Shown piece by piece: positions 57,009 through 64,000 of a DNA stretch of 64,000 nucleotides (the stretch's first letter is position 1; every line of letters starts with the position of its first letter). Source of the stretch: an uncultured Actinomycetota bacterium (GTDB lineage: Bacteria; Actinomycetota; Actinomycetes; JACCUZ01); contig OY970120.1 in NCBI GenBank assembly GCA_963705885.1, forward strand, positions 1,040,187 through 1,104,186. Direction: 5' to 3'. Under the pieces are notes generated by a model. That model was not told the DNA's origin and made no database searches. It saw only the letters and a list, made by a program, of their open reading frames with translations. The position numbers were made by a program, and so were the translations under genes.

Positions 57009-58082
57009 TCAGCCCTGGTCCTCGCTCCAGGTGGCCGCGAGGTTCGGGAGCTCGGAGGGCAGACGCAGCTCCGTGAGCAGGGACCGCCCTGCGGTGTCGG
57101 AGGTGACCACCGAGTACCCATCCGCGGTCCGGTGCCACCACACCAACCGGTCGTCGGCAGTCCACCCGATGAGCCGGTCGTCGGCCGGTCGGGTCAGTGC
57201 CTCGGTCAGGTGTCCGTCGTCCGAGTCCAGGACCAGCCACTCGCGCCGCTCTCCGACGAGCGGCGCCGCGTCGCTCATGACAAAGCGCGAGAGATCCGGC
57301 GCCGCTGCCCATCCGTTGGCCAGGACGAGGTCGGTCTCCGCATAGACGCCTCGCCCCACCCGTGGCCTCGGGAGCAGATCGACGCGGGTCGCGCCATTCC
57401 CGTCGAGCACCAACAGACCCGACCCGTCGTCGCTCCACACGACCGGAACCAGCGCCCCGGCAGCGGCGCTGGTCGTGACCGTCAGGGTCGTGGGTGGCGA
57501 GTTGTCCAGCGGTCTGATCGTGAGCTCGATCGCGTCTCCCTGGTTGTCCTCCGCATAGGCCACGGCGCGGCCGTCGGGCGACACGGAGACGTGGTGGTCC
57601 CGCCCGCCCGGGATGCTCACCTCGGTGACCTCGCCGTCAGCGCTGCTCACCAGCGTCGCCAGCCCGGGCCCACCGAACGACAGCACCGTCCCGTCGGAGG
57701 ACAACGCCGGCCGCGCGCCCGGCAGGGAGACGATCCGGACCGGCAGCCGTGCCGTCCGTCCGTCGCTCGTGACCAGCCAGACGGCCCGGCTGCCGCTGTC
57801 CGTCACGACGAGCTGCGCGCCGGTGAGCCCGCCGGTGGGCGACTCGGCCAGGTCGACCGTCGGCGCCGGAGTCAGGTCCGCGGGGGGTGCCGACTCCGGC
57901 TCGGACGGCTGCGAGAGCAGCACGGCGGCGACCATGACAGCTGCCACGGGGGCGGCGAGCGCTGCCACCCGGCGGCGGCGTCGGAGGACCCGGGTACGGG
58001 CGCGCACGCCCGGGCGGAGGTCGACGACGGTCGCCTCGTCCGCGAGGTGGTGCAGGGCTGTCCGGAGCTGGGGGTCGGTCAT
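57009..58082 (-). CDS. Putative anti-sigma factor with single TM and extracytoplasmic beta-propeller
   Basis: LRTALHHLA...RRRRR, TM helix, then repeats LSSDG, VSPDG, WSDDG, AAPD; ATGA overlap with ECF sigma. Confidence 0.75.
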   Translation of the reverse strand: MTDPQLRTALHHLADEATVVDLRPGVRARTRVLRRRRRVAALAAPVAAVMVAAVLLSQPSEPESAPPADLTPAPTVDLAESPTGGLTGAQLVVTDSGSRAVWLVTSDGRTARLPVRIVSLPGARPALSSDGTVLSFGGPGLATLVSSADGEVTEVSIPGGRDHHVSVSPDGRAVAYAEDNQGDAIELTIRPLDNSPPTTLTVTTSAAAGALVPVVWSDDGSGLLVLDGNGATRVDLLPRPRVGRGVYAETDLVLANGWAAAPDLSRFVMSDAAPLVGERREWLVLDSDDGHLTEALTRPADDRLIGWTADDRLVWWHRTADGYSVVTSDTAGRSLLTELRLPSELPNLAATWSEDQG

Positions 58083-58594
58083 CGGGGTGCCTCCTCCGCG
58101 GCCAACAGTGCGGGTACGACCCGGCGCAGGCGCGCCAGGCCTCGGGCGTTCTGGCTCCGCACGGTGCCGACCGAGCACCCGAGCAGCGTCGCCACGTCAC
58201 CCTCGGAGCGGTCCTCGAAGTGACGCAGCACGATCACCGCGCGTTGGCGAGGAGGCAGCTGCAGCAGGGCGGCCCTCAGGGTCTGGGCTTGCGCCATGTC
58301 GTCGGCGAAGTCGGGCGTCGCCGAGCGTCGGGGTTCGGGCGGGTCCGCGGCCAGGACCTCGGCAATCCGGCGACGCCGCCACCACGAGACGTGCTCCCGG
58401 TAGAGGACGGTCCGTACGTAGGGCTCGGGGTTCCCCGTCGACACCAGCCTCGACCAGCGCAAGGAGGCCTTCGCCAGCGCCGACTGGACCAGGTCCTCGG
58501 CCAGCTGCTGGTCGCCGGTCAGGAGGTAGGCCGAGCGGAGCAGGGCTCCGGTCCGAGCGGCCACGAAGGCGTCGAACGAGGCCTCGTCCTGCAC
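58079..58594 (-). CDS. ECF RNA polymerase sigma factor, SigE-like family
   Basis: LLRSAYLLTGD...AEDLVQ, LPPRQRAVIVLRHFED, LGCSVGTVRSQ. Confidence 0.92.
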   Translation of the reverse strand: MQDEASFDAFVAARTGALLRSAYLLTGDQQLAEDLVQSALAKASLRWSRLVSTGNPEPYVRTVLYREHVSWWRRRRIAEVLAADPPEPRRSATPDFADDMAQAQTLRAALLQLPPRQRAVIVLRHFEDRSEGDVATLLGCSVGTVRSQNARGLARLRRVVPALLAAEEAPR

Positions 58595-58714
58595 GGCACC
58601 TTCCTCCCTGTCCTGCGCGGACCCAGCGGTCCGCTGGTCCCACTGCGCGACAGGCCAGGAGGGGGCCGCACCCATGTCAGCGCATCCCCGCCGGGTACGC
58701 CAGTGGGCTTCGCG

Positions 58715-59191
58715 TCACGGGCAGTAGAGGTCTGCGAGGTCGGCGCCGAGGGAGGGGTGCGGCCCGCGCATCTCCACCAGGTTCCCGTCGGCGTCGAAGA
58801 CGACCCAGCCCGCGTCCACCACGCGAGTGCCGCCGTTCGGCCAGATCAGGTGCAGAGGCTTCCCGACCACACGACGGCTCCCGTCCGGGGCGATGAAGGA
58901 GGTCGCGGCCCCCTTCTCGGTCGGCAGCCGTGGGTCGACAGGGTCGAACGTCCGCACGACGTGCAGCGTCTCGGAGCCGTCCCGGAACTGCTTGTGGGTC
59001 CACTTCTCCGTGAGCGTGGTGTCGGTCTCGATGCCGCACACCTCGAGGAAGAGGTCGTCGGCGAAGGTCACTGTGTCGCCGCCCTTCGTCATCACCGGGC
59101 CGCCGCCGCCTCCTGCTGCTGCGGTCCCGGCACCGCCGGCCAGGGCCGCGGCCAGGGTGACCGTCATCGTCAGCGCTACTCGTGTCCGCAT
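58715..59191 (-). CDS. Secreted hypothetical protein
   Basis: Signal peptide MRTRVALTMTVTLAAALAGGAGTAAA; two Cys; GPHP near the C-terminus. Confidence 0.72.
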   Translation of the reverse strand: MRTRVALTMTVTLAAALAGGAGTAAAGGGGGPVMTKGGDTVTFADDLFLEVCGIETDTTLTEKWTHKQFRDGSETLHVVRTFDPVDPRLPTEKGAATSFIAPDGSRRVVGKPLHLIWPNGGTRVVDAGWVVFDADGNLVEMRGPHPSLGADLADLYCP

Positions 59192-59337
59192 CGCCGGCAC
59201 CTCTCTGCTCGATGAACCTGCTCGCGCGATCGGGACGCCTGGTGCACGACGCCCCTCATCCCGTGAACACGCCAGGGAAGGGCGCCGGCTATGTCAGCGC
59301 CGGAAACTTCGGTCCGAACCGGTCCGAACCGTCGTCC

Positions 59338-59751
59338 TCAGGTCTCCGCCCGGTCGTCGGTGACCGTGTCCGCATGCCGGTGCGCGACCTTCCACTCACC
59401 GCCCTCGCGGCGGTAGACCTGGGTCGCGCGGAGGGAGTACGTCCTGGGCTCGCCGTTGACCGAGGCGCTTGTGTGCTCGTAGCCCACGGTGTAGGCCATG
59501 TCGCCGACCACCTCGACCGCGACCACCTCGTGCGTGTACGACGTGCAGTCCGAGAAGCTGTCCCCCAGCTGCTGGAAGAGCTCGTCGAGCTGCTCCCGTC
59601 CGGTGGCCGCCTTCCAGGCGCCGAGCACGGTGACCGGCTCTTCCCGGGACCACAGCGCACTCCTCGGCGCGGCGTCACCGTTGTGCAGCGCCACCTCGGC
59701 GTCCCGTAGGCGGGTCCCCACCCAGACCAGGAAGTCGTCGCGATCCGTCAT
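59338..59751 (-). CDS. NTF2/SnoaL-like (DUF4440/YybH-type) protein
   Basis: LRATQVYRREGGEWKVAHRHAD; GGAGG RBS. Confidence 0.88.
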   Translation of the reverse strand: MTDRDDFLVWVGTRLRDAEVALHNGDAAPRSALWSREEPVTVLGAWKAATGREQLDELFQQLGDSFSDCTSYTHEVVAVEVVGDMAYTVGYEHTSASVNGEPRTYSLRATQVYRREGGEWKVAHRHADTVTDDRAET

Positions 59752-59847
59752 GGTCCACCTCCGGCGCCGGGGGGCCGACCCACTCGGCCGGGCGTCTTCA
59801 TGAAAGCCCGGCGCCGCGCGGCCGACAAGGGGACGAGGGAATGGGAC

Positions 59848-59872
59848 GACGTGATCCCGCTGCGATCACGTC
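59848..59872 (-). terminator. Perfect hairpin overlapping the recC stop codon
   Basis: GACGTGATC-N7-GATCACGTC. Confidence 0.45.
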
Positions 59873-62800
59873 TGGACGGTGATCTCGGCGTCGAGAAGGC
59901 GCCCCCAGAGCCGACGCGCGAGCAGCCCGAACCGGTCGGTCTCGTCGCGGTGCCAGCCGCGGCCTCCCTCGCCGTGCTCGGGCCGCTGGGTGGTGAGCAC
60001 GGTCAGCGGCGCGCGCTCGCCGTAGAGCAGGACGTGCTCGGCGTCCTCCTGCTCGCCGGGGAACATGCCGGTCACCCACTCCTGCTCCGCACCCTCGCGC
60101 GCGGTCGGGGTGTCGGCAGCGATGCGGCGCCAGGCGTAGGCCGCGGCGGTCTTCAGCGGGACCGGCAGCGGCGACCGCAGCCCGGCTCGGTAGAGCGCGA
60201 CGAGCTCCTCCAGCGCGGCCGCCGCCTCCGCGGCGCTGAGCGGGTCGAAGACGCTGCGCTGGGCGTTGACGCGCCTGCCCCGCGCCCGACCGACGGCGAC
60301 GGCGGACCACCGCCGGTCGGGGCGCGCGACGGTGACGGCGACCAGGTCGACCCAGGCGAGCAGCCGGTGGCGGGCGGCCAGCCGCGAGTAGGTGAGCGAG
60401 AACACGACGTCCCCGCGGACACCGGAGACCGTGCCGGCGAGCCGGGTGCCGTCGGCGAGCGCGATGTCGACGTCGTGCGACTCGGGCGGGTGCTGTCGCT
60501 CGAGGGTCGACGCCTCGAGCAGGTGGTCGACCCGGCCCCCGATGTCCTGGAGCAGTGCGTTGCTCAGCGGCCCGGGCGGGAGGTTGCCGCGCTGTCTTTC
60601 GAGCGCCATGCACTGGGCGGGCGAGAGGCCGTGCAGCCGCTCGTGCAGCACCCGGTCGCCGACGGCCCACTTCTCGAGCTGGTCGAGCTCGACCGGCAGC
60701 GCGTCGGCCGGCTCCTCCTCGCCGCGGGTCTCGGCGACCTGCAGCCGCTGCCGGAGGAAGCCGCGCGCGGGGTGGGTGAGCAGCCGCCGCAGGTCGGCGA
60801 GGTCGACGTCGGCGGGCGGCTGCGGCGGGAGCGGCGCGGTGTAGACGCGTGGTGGCTGGGCGCGCGGGGCCGCGGCGGCGCGCGCCCCGGCGTACGACAG
60901 CGGGTCGAAGCTGAACGGGCGCGCGGTCAGCAGCTCGCCGGTCTGGAAGTTGCGCGGGTCGAAGGGCTGCAGCGCGTGATGGGTGGTGACCGCGTCGCGG
61001 ACGCGTGTGCCCGGTGGCGCGGTCGCGGTGCGGTCGAGCGCGTCGAGCAGCTCGCCGAGCGGGACGGCGGGCGGCACGGGCGCCCCGGTGCGCTCGTCGG
61101 CGCCGGTGTAGGTGATGACGAGGTGGTCCTCGGCGGCGCAGATGGCGTCGAGGAAGAGCTGGCGGTCCTCGCTGCGCGGGTCGCGCTCGCCGACCCAGGG
61201 GTCGCGGCCGAGCACGTCGTCGCCGTCGTGGCTGCTCTGCCGGGGGAAGACGCCGTCGTCGAGGCCGAGCAGGCACACCACGCGGTGCGGCACCGAGCGC
61301 ATCGGCACGAGGGTGCAGACGGTGAGGGTGCCGGTGCGGAAGCCGGCGCGGGTGGGGCGGCCGGCGAGGCTGTCGGCGAGCAGGGCGCGTACGTCGGCGA
61401 GGTTGAGCAGTGCGGTGCTGCCGGTCGCGGCCTCGGCGATGTCGTCGAGCTCGCCGCGCAGCTGCAGGAGCTGCCAGGCGGTGTCGTGGGTCGTGGCGGC
61501 CAGCCCGGTGACGGCGTCCTCGAGGCCGGCCATCCAGTCCTGCGCGGTGTGCGCGGTTGCCATCAGGGCCTGGGCGGCGGCGAGCCGGTCGACGAGCTCA
61601 GCGAGCCGGCCGGCGAGGTCGATGTCCGAGCTGTCGACGTCGTCGAGGGGCACGACGTCGCCCCAGCTGTCGAGCGCACCCTCCATCGCGGCGCCGAGCA
61701 GCAGCCGGTCGAGCCCGATGCGCCAGCTGCCCTGCTCGACGTCGCCGAGCTGCCATGTCGCGCGGTGCTCGCCGTCCAGACCCCAGCGGACGCCGGCACC
61801 GACGGTCCAGTCGCGCAGCCGCTCGAGCTCGTCGTCGTCGAACCCGAACCGCTGCCGCACCGCGGGCGTGCCGGCGAGGTCGAGCACCTGGCTGGCGGTG
61901 AGCCGGGCGGTGCCGAGCTCGAGCAGCTGACTCAGGACGGCGAGCAGCGCGTTGGTCTGGCGCAGGGCTCGGTCGGCGAGGCGCACCCTCAGCTTCGCTG
62001 CGGGGTGGGCGGCGTCGTCCTCGGCGCCGATCGCGAACGTGGCCGCGATGATCGGGGCGAACGTCTCGACGTCGGGGCACATGACGAGCACGTCGCGCGG
62101 CTCAAGGGTGGGGTGGTCGGCGAGCAGGCCGACGATCACCTCGCGGAGCACCTCGACCTGGCGGGTACGCCCGTGGCAGGCGTGCACCTGGACGCTGCGG
62201 TCGGTGGCTGCAAGGGGCGGCGGGTCGGTCGGGACGCGGTCCTCGGCGAGGTCCTGCTGGAGACGGCCGAGCAGGGTGTCGTTGGGCGGGCCGGACTCGT
62301 GCAGGGCGGTCTCGTGGTCCGGCGCCGTGCGGGCGACGAGCTGCTGCAGCTCGAGGACGTCGCGGGACAGGCTGGTGAGCAGCGGGTTGGTCAGCCGGGC
62401 GCGGGTCGTGTCGTCCCGGCGCCGTCGGGCAGGCGTCGTGGCGGCGACGGTGTCCCACAGCGCGGGGGAGGCGTGGTTGAGCCACAGGTGGACGTCGCGG
62501 TGCTCGGCGAGCGCGGCCAGGACCTGCAGCCGGGCGGGGGAGAGCCGGCTGGCGCCGAGCACGCTGATGCGGGTGGGGAGCGTGCTGAGGTCCGGCTGGT
62601 CTCTCAGTCTTAGGCAGGCGTCGTCGAGCAGCTCGGCCGGGCTCGGTTCGGCGAGGCTGTCGCGCAGGCGGCGCCAGAGCTCGGCCTGCCAGCGCAGGTC
62701 GTCATCGAGCAGTGAGCCGTCGCCGCGCTCGTCGCGACCGGCCGCCCAGGCGCGCAGCATCCCGGGCCGCGACTGGCCGTACTCGTCGAACCTGGTCGCC

Positions 62801-63216
62801 AACCGGCGTGCGACGGCGAGCCGGCGGCCCTTGTCCTCCGTGTCGCTGCCGAGGTGCTGGGCGAGAGACCGGCACCACGGCTCGGTGGGCGTCGAGGCGT
62901 CGATGACGTCGAGCAGCGGCCACACGGCTCGGGCCGGGGTCCAGCGCTCGACCGCGTCCTCGTGTTCGGTCGATGTGGCCTGGAGAGCCTCGTCGACCAG
63001 CGTGCTCGGCCACGGGAAGGCGACGTTCGCGCAGACCCCGTCACCGGAGTCCGTGCCGAGCACGTGCGAGAGCCGCTGGGCCAACCACCGCTCGACGCCC
63101 TTGGCCGGGACAGCCACGACCTCGGCCGCGAACGGGTCACCCGGCGGCACGGCCAGCACATCAGCCAGGCCGTGAGCGAGAGCTTCCCCGTGGGAGGCCC
63201 GATGAGTGATGAGCAC
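59866..63216 (-). CDS. recC: Exodeoxyribonuclease V gamma subunit
   Basis: DPFAAEVVAVPAKGVERWL, VQVHACHG..RQVEVL, CTLVPMRSVPHRVVCLLG, HALQPFD; AAGGAGG RBS before GTG 63216. Confidence 0.95.
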   Translation of the reverse strand: MLITHRASHGEALAHGLADVLAVPPGDPFAAEVVAVPAKGVERWLAQRLSHVLGTDSGDGVCANVAFPWPSTLVDEALQATSTEHEDAVERWTPARAVWPLLDVIDASTPTEPWCRSLAQHLGSDTEDKGRRLAVARRLATRFDEYGQSRPGMLRAWAAGRDERGDGSLLDDDLRWQAELWRRLRDSLAEPSPAELLDDACLRLRDQPDLSTLPTRISVLGASRLSPARLQVLAALAEHRDVHLWLNHASPALWDTVAATTPARRRRDDTTRARLTNPLLTSLSRDVLELQQLVARTAPDHETALHESGPPNDTLLGRLQQDLAEDRVPTDPPPLAATDRSVQVHACHGRTRQVEVLREVIVGLLADHPTLEPRDVLVMCPDVETFAPIIAATFAIGAEDDAAHPAAKLRVRLADRALRQTNALLAVLSQLLELGTARLTASQVLDLAGTPAVRQRFGFDDDELERLRDWTVGAGVRWGLDGEHRATWQLGDVEQGSWRIGLDRLLLGAAMEGALDSWGDVVPLDDVDSSDIDLAGRLAELVDRLAAAQALMATAHTAQDWMAGLEDAVTGLAATTHDTAWQLLQLRGELDDIAEAATGSTALLNLADVRALLADSLAGRPTRAGFRTGTLTVCTLVPMRSVPHRVVCLLGLDDGVFPRQSSHDGDDVLGRDPWVGERDPRSEDRQLFLDAICAAEDHLVITYTGADERTGAPVPPAVPLGELLDALDRTATAPPGTRVRDAVTTHHALQPFDPRNFQTGELLTARPFSFDPLSYAGARAAAAPRAQPPRVYTAPLPPQPPADVDLADLRRLLTHPARGFLRQRLQVAETRGEEEPADALPVELDQLEKWAVGDRVLHERLHGLSPAQCMALERQRGNLPPGPLSNALLQDIGGRVDHLLEASTLERQHPPESHDVDIALADGTRLAGTVSGVRGDVVFSLTYSRLAARHRLLAWVDLVAVTVARPDRRWSAVAVGRARGRRVNAQRSVFDPLSAAEAAAALEELVALYRAGLRSPLPVPLKTAAAYAWRRIAADTPTAREGAEQEWVTGMFPGEQEDAEHVLLYGERAPLTVLTTQRPEHGEGGRGWHRDETDRFGLLARRLWGRLLDAEITVQT

Positions 63217-63259
63217 GATCCTCCTTCGGTTGCCGCGCGTGCTTACCGTCACTCCCTCG

Positions 63260-63547
63260 TTACGCGGCACACCGGCACGGGACCGCGTCACAGCGTGGAC
63301 AGCCCGCGATGTACCGAGAGATCGAATCCTCGAGTGAGATATCGAGTTGGTTGGCGAGCGAGGCTAGCCAGGCCAATGTGTCGCTCAGTTCGTGGATCTG
63401 TTCCTCGCGGCTGCCCTTGCGGACCGCCTTGGCGAGTTCTCCCGTTTCCTCGGCCAGCCAGGCGACCGTGGCAGTGATGCCGCGAGCGCGGTCTCGTTCC
63501 CCGTAGGTGAGCTCCATCAGCCGCTGCAGTTCTGAGATGTCAGTCAT
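63260..63547 (-). CDS. MazG-like nucleotide pyrophosphohydrolase (small, C-terminal Cys cluster)
   Basis: WLAEETGELAKA...HELSDTLAWLASLAN; CPRC...CRC. Confidence 0.85.
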   Translation of the reverse strand: MTDISELQRLMELTYGERDRARGITATVAWLAEETGELAKAVRKGSREEQIHELSDTLAWLASLANQLDISLEDSISRYIAGCPRCDAVPCRCAA

Positions 63548-63875
63548 GGCTCTTCCCGTGATCTTCATCGCGCCCTGTCATCGCACATGATCCGCTGGAG
63601 CGCCCGCGACAGGCTAGTGACCCCCCCCCGCAGGGTTGACCCTTGTCCGCGTGACTGGGTCGCACACGCACAGGACGCGCTTGTGCAAAGCTGCCCGCCA
63701 TGGACGGGGGACTTGCGGCAGGAGCATACGAGTCACTGCACACCGCGGAGCTGGCTCGGTGCCTCCGCATGCTGGAGGGCGTGCGCGAGACGATGTGCGT
63801 GCGGATGACCGCCTCGGCGTATGGGCTGCAACGGCGGGCGAGTCCGTCGATGACGTGAAGTGGTGCCAAGCGCCG

Positions 63876-63980
63876 TCAGGCGTAGGTCACGCCGACCAGC
63901 CCGTGAGCCACCTCGAAGAGGATCAGCACGAGACCACCGCGGCCGAGCCTTCGTCGCGCCAGGCGCCGGCGTGCAGTCAT
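63876..63980 (-). CDS. Possible small protein (34 aa, Arg-rich N-terminus + hydrophobic stretch)
   Basis: AGAGGAG RBS; MTARRRLARRRLGRGGLVLILFEVAHGLVGVTYA*; shorter than any ORF in the supplied track. Confidence 0.35.
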   Translation of the reverse strand: MTARRRLARRRLGRGGLVLILFEVAHGLVGVTYA

Positions 63981-64000
63981 TGTGGTGGCTCCTCTTCGGT

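Noticed and set aside
57009-58594. The ECF sigma as target of the partner-switching module
   Set aside because: It lies over 40 kb away, has its own coupled membrane anti-sigma-like gene, and RsbW-type kinases typically bind SigB/SigF-type sigmas.
59800-62613. Very long alternative-frame or antisense ORFs (e.g. 59800..62613, 11374..13728, 26741..29155, 45186..47627, 52726..55053)
   Set aside because: Shadow ORFs typical of high-GC DNA; they lie opposite well-supported genes and have no recognisable motifs.
1-64000. tRNA, rRNA, riboswitch, IS transposase or prophage genes
   Set aside because: None recognised by eye; a covariance-model search would be needed to exclude small RNAs.

Overview
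High-GC actinobacterial chromosomal segment with a purF ... purM - DUF3073 - vdh - bldC backbone. It also carries a form I CO dehydrogenase operon, an hsp20/MerR module, dinB and a recC/recB/recD set. The most striking feature is a ~16 kb block between purF and purM. It holds a divergent BTAD/STAND/TPR regulator and seven tandem, translationally coupled ~10-TM membrane paralogues that all stop just after the first helix-helix-strand of a GAF-like fold. These are followed by one soluble protein that begins with the complementary second half of a GAF domain, fused to a PP2C (SpoIIE-type) phosphatase and an RsbW-type kinase, and then by two STAS proteins. I infer a 'split-GAF' receptor array in which many interchangeable sensors plug into one shared partner-switching output. 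The same 18-bp motif precedes both halves. Other notable items: a nuclease-like gene bracketed by REP-like palindromic repeats, a metzincin operon with a duplicated stand-alone small domain, a ~5 kb insert splitting recC from recB with a 7-bp direct repeat, and two apparent frameshifts (purM, CGNR gene) that may be assembly errors. No rRNA, tRNA or CRISPR array was recognised. All family assignments are by motif recognition, not database search.
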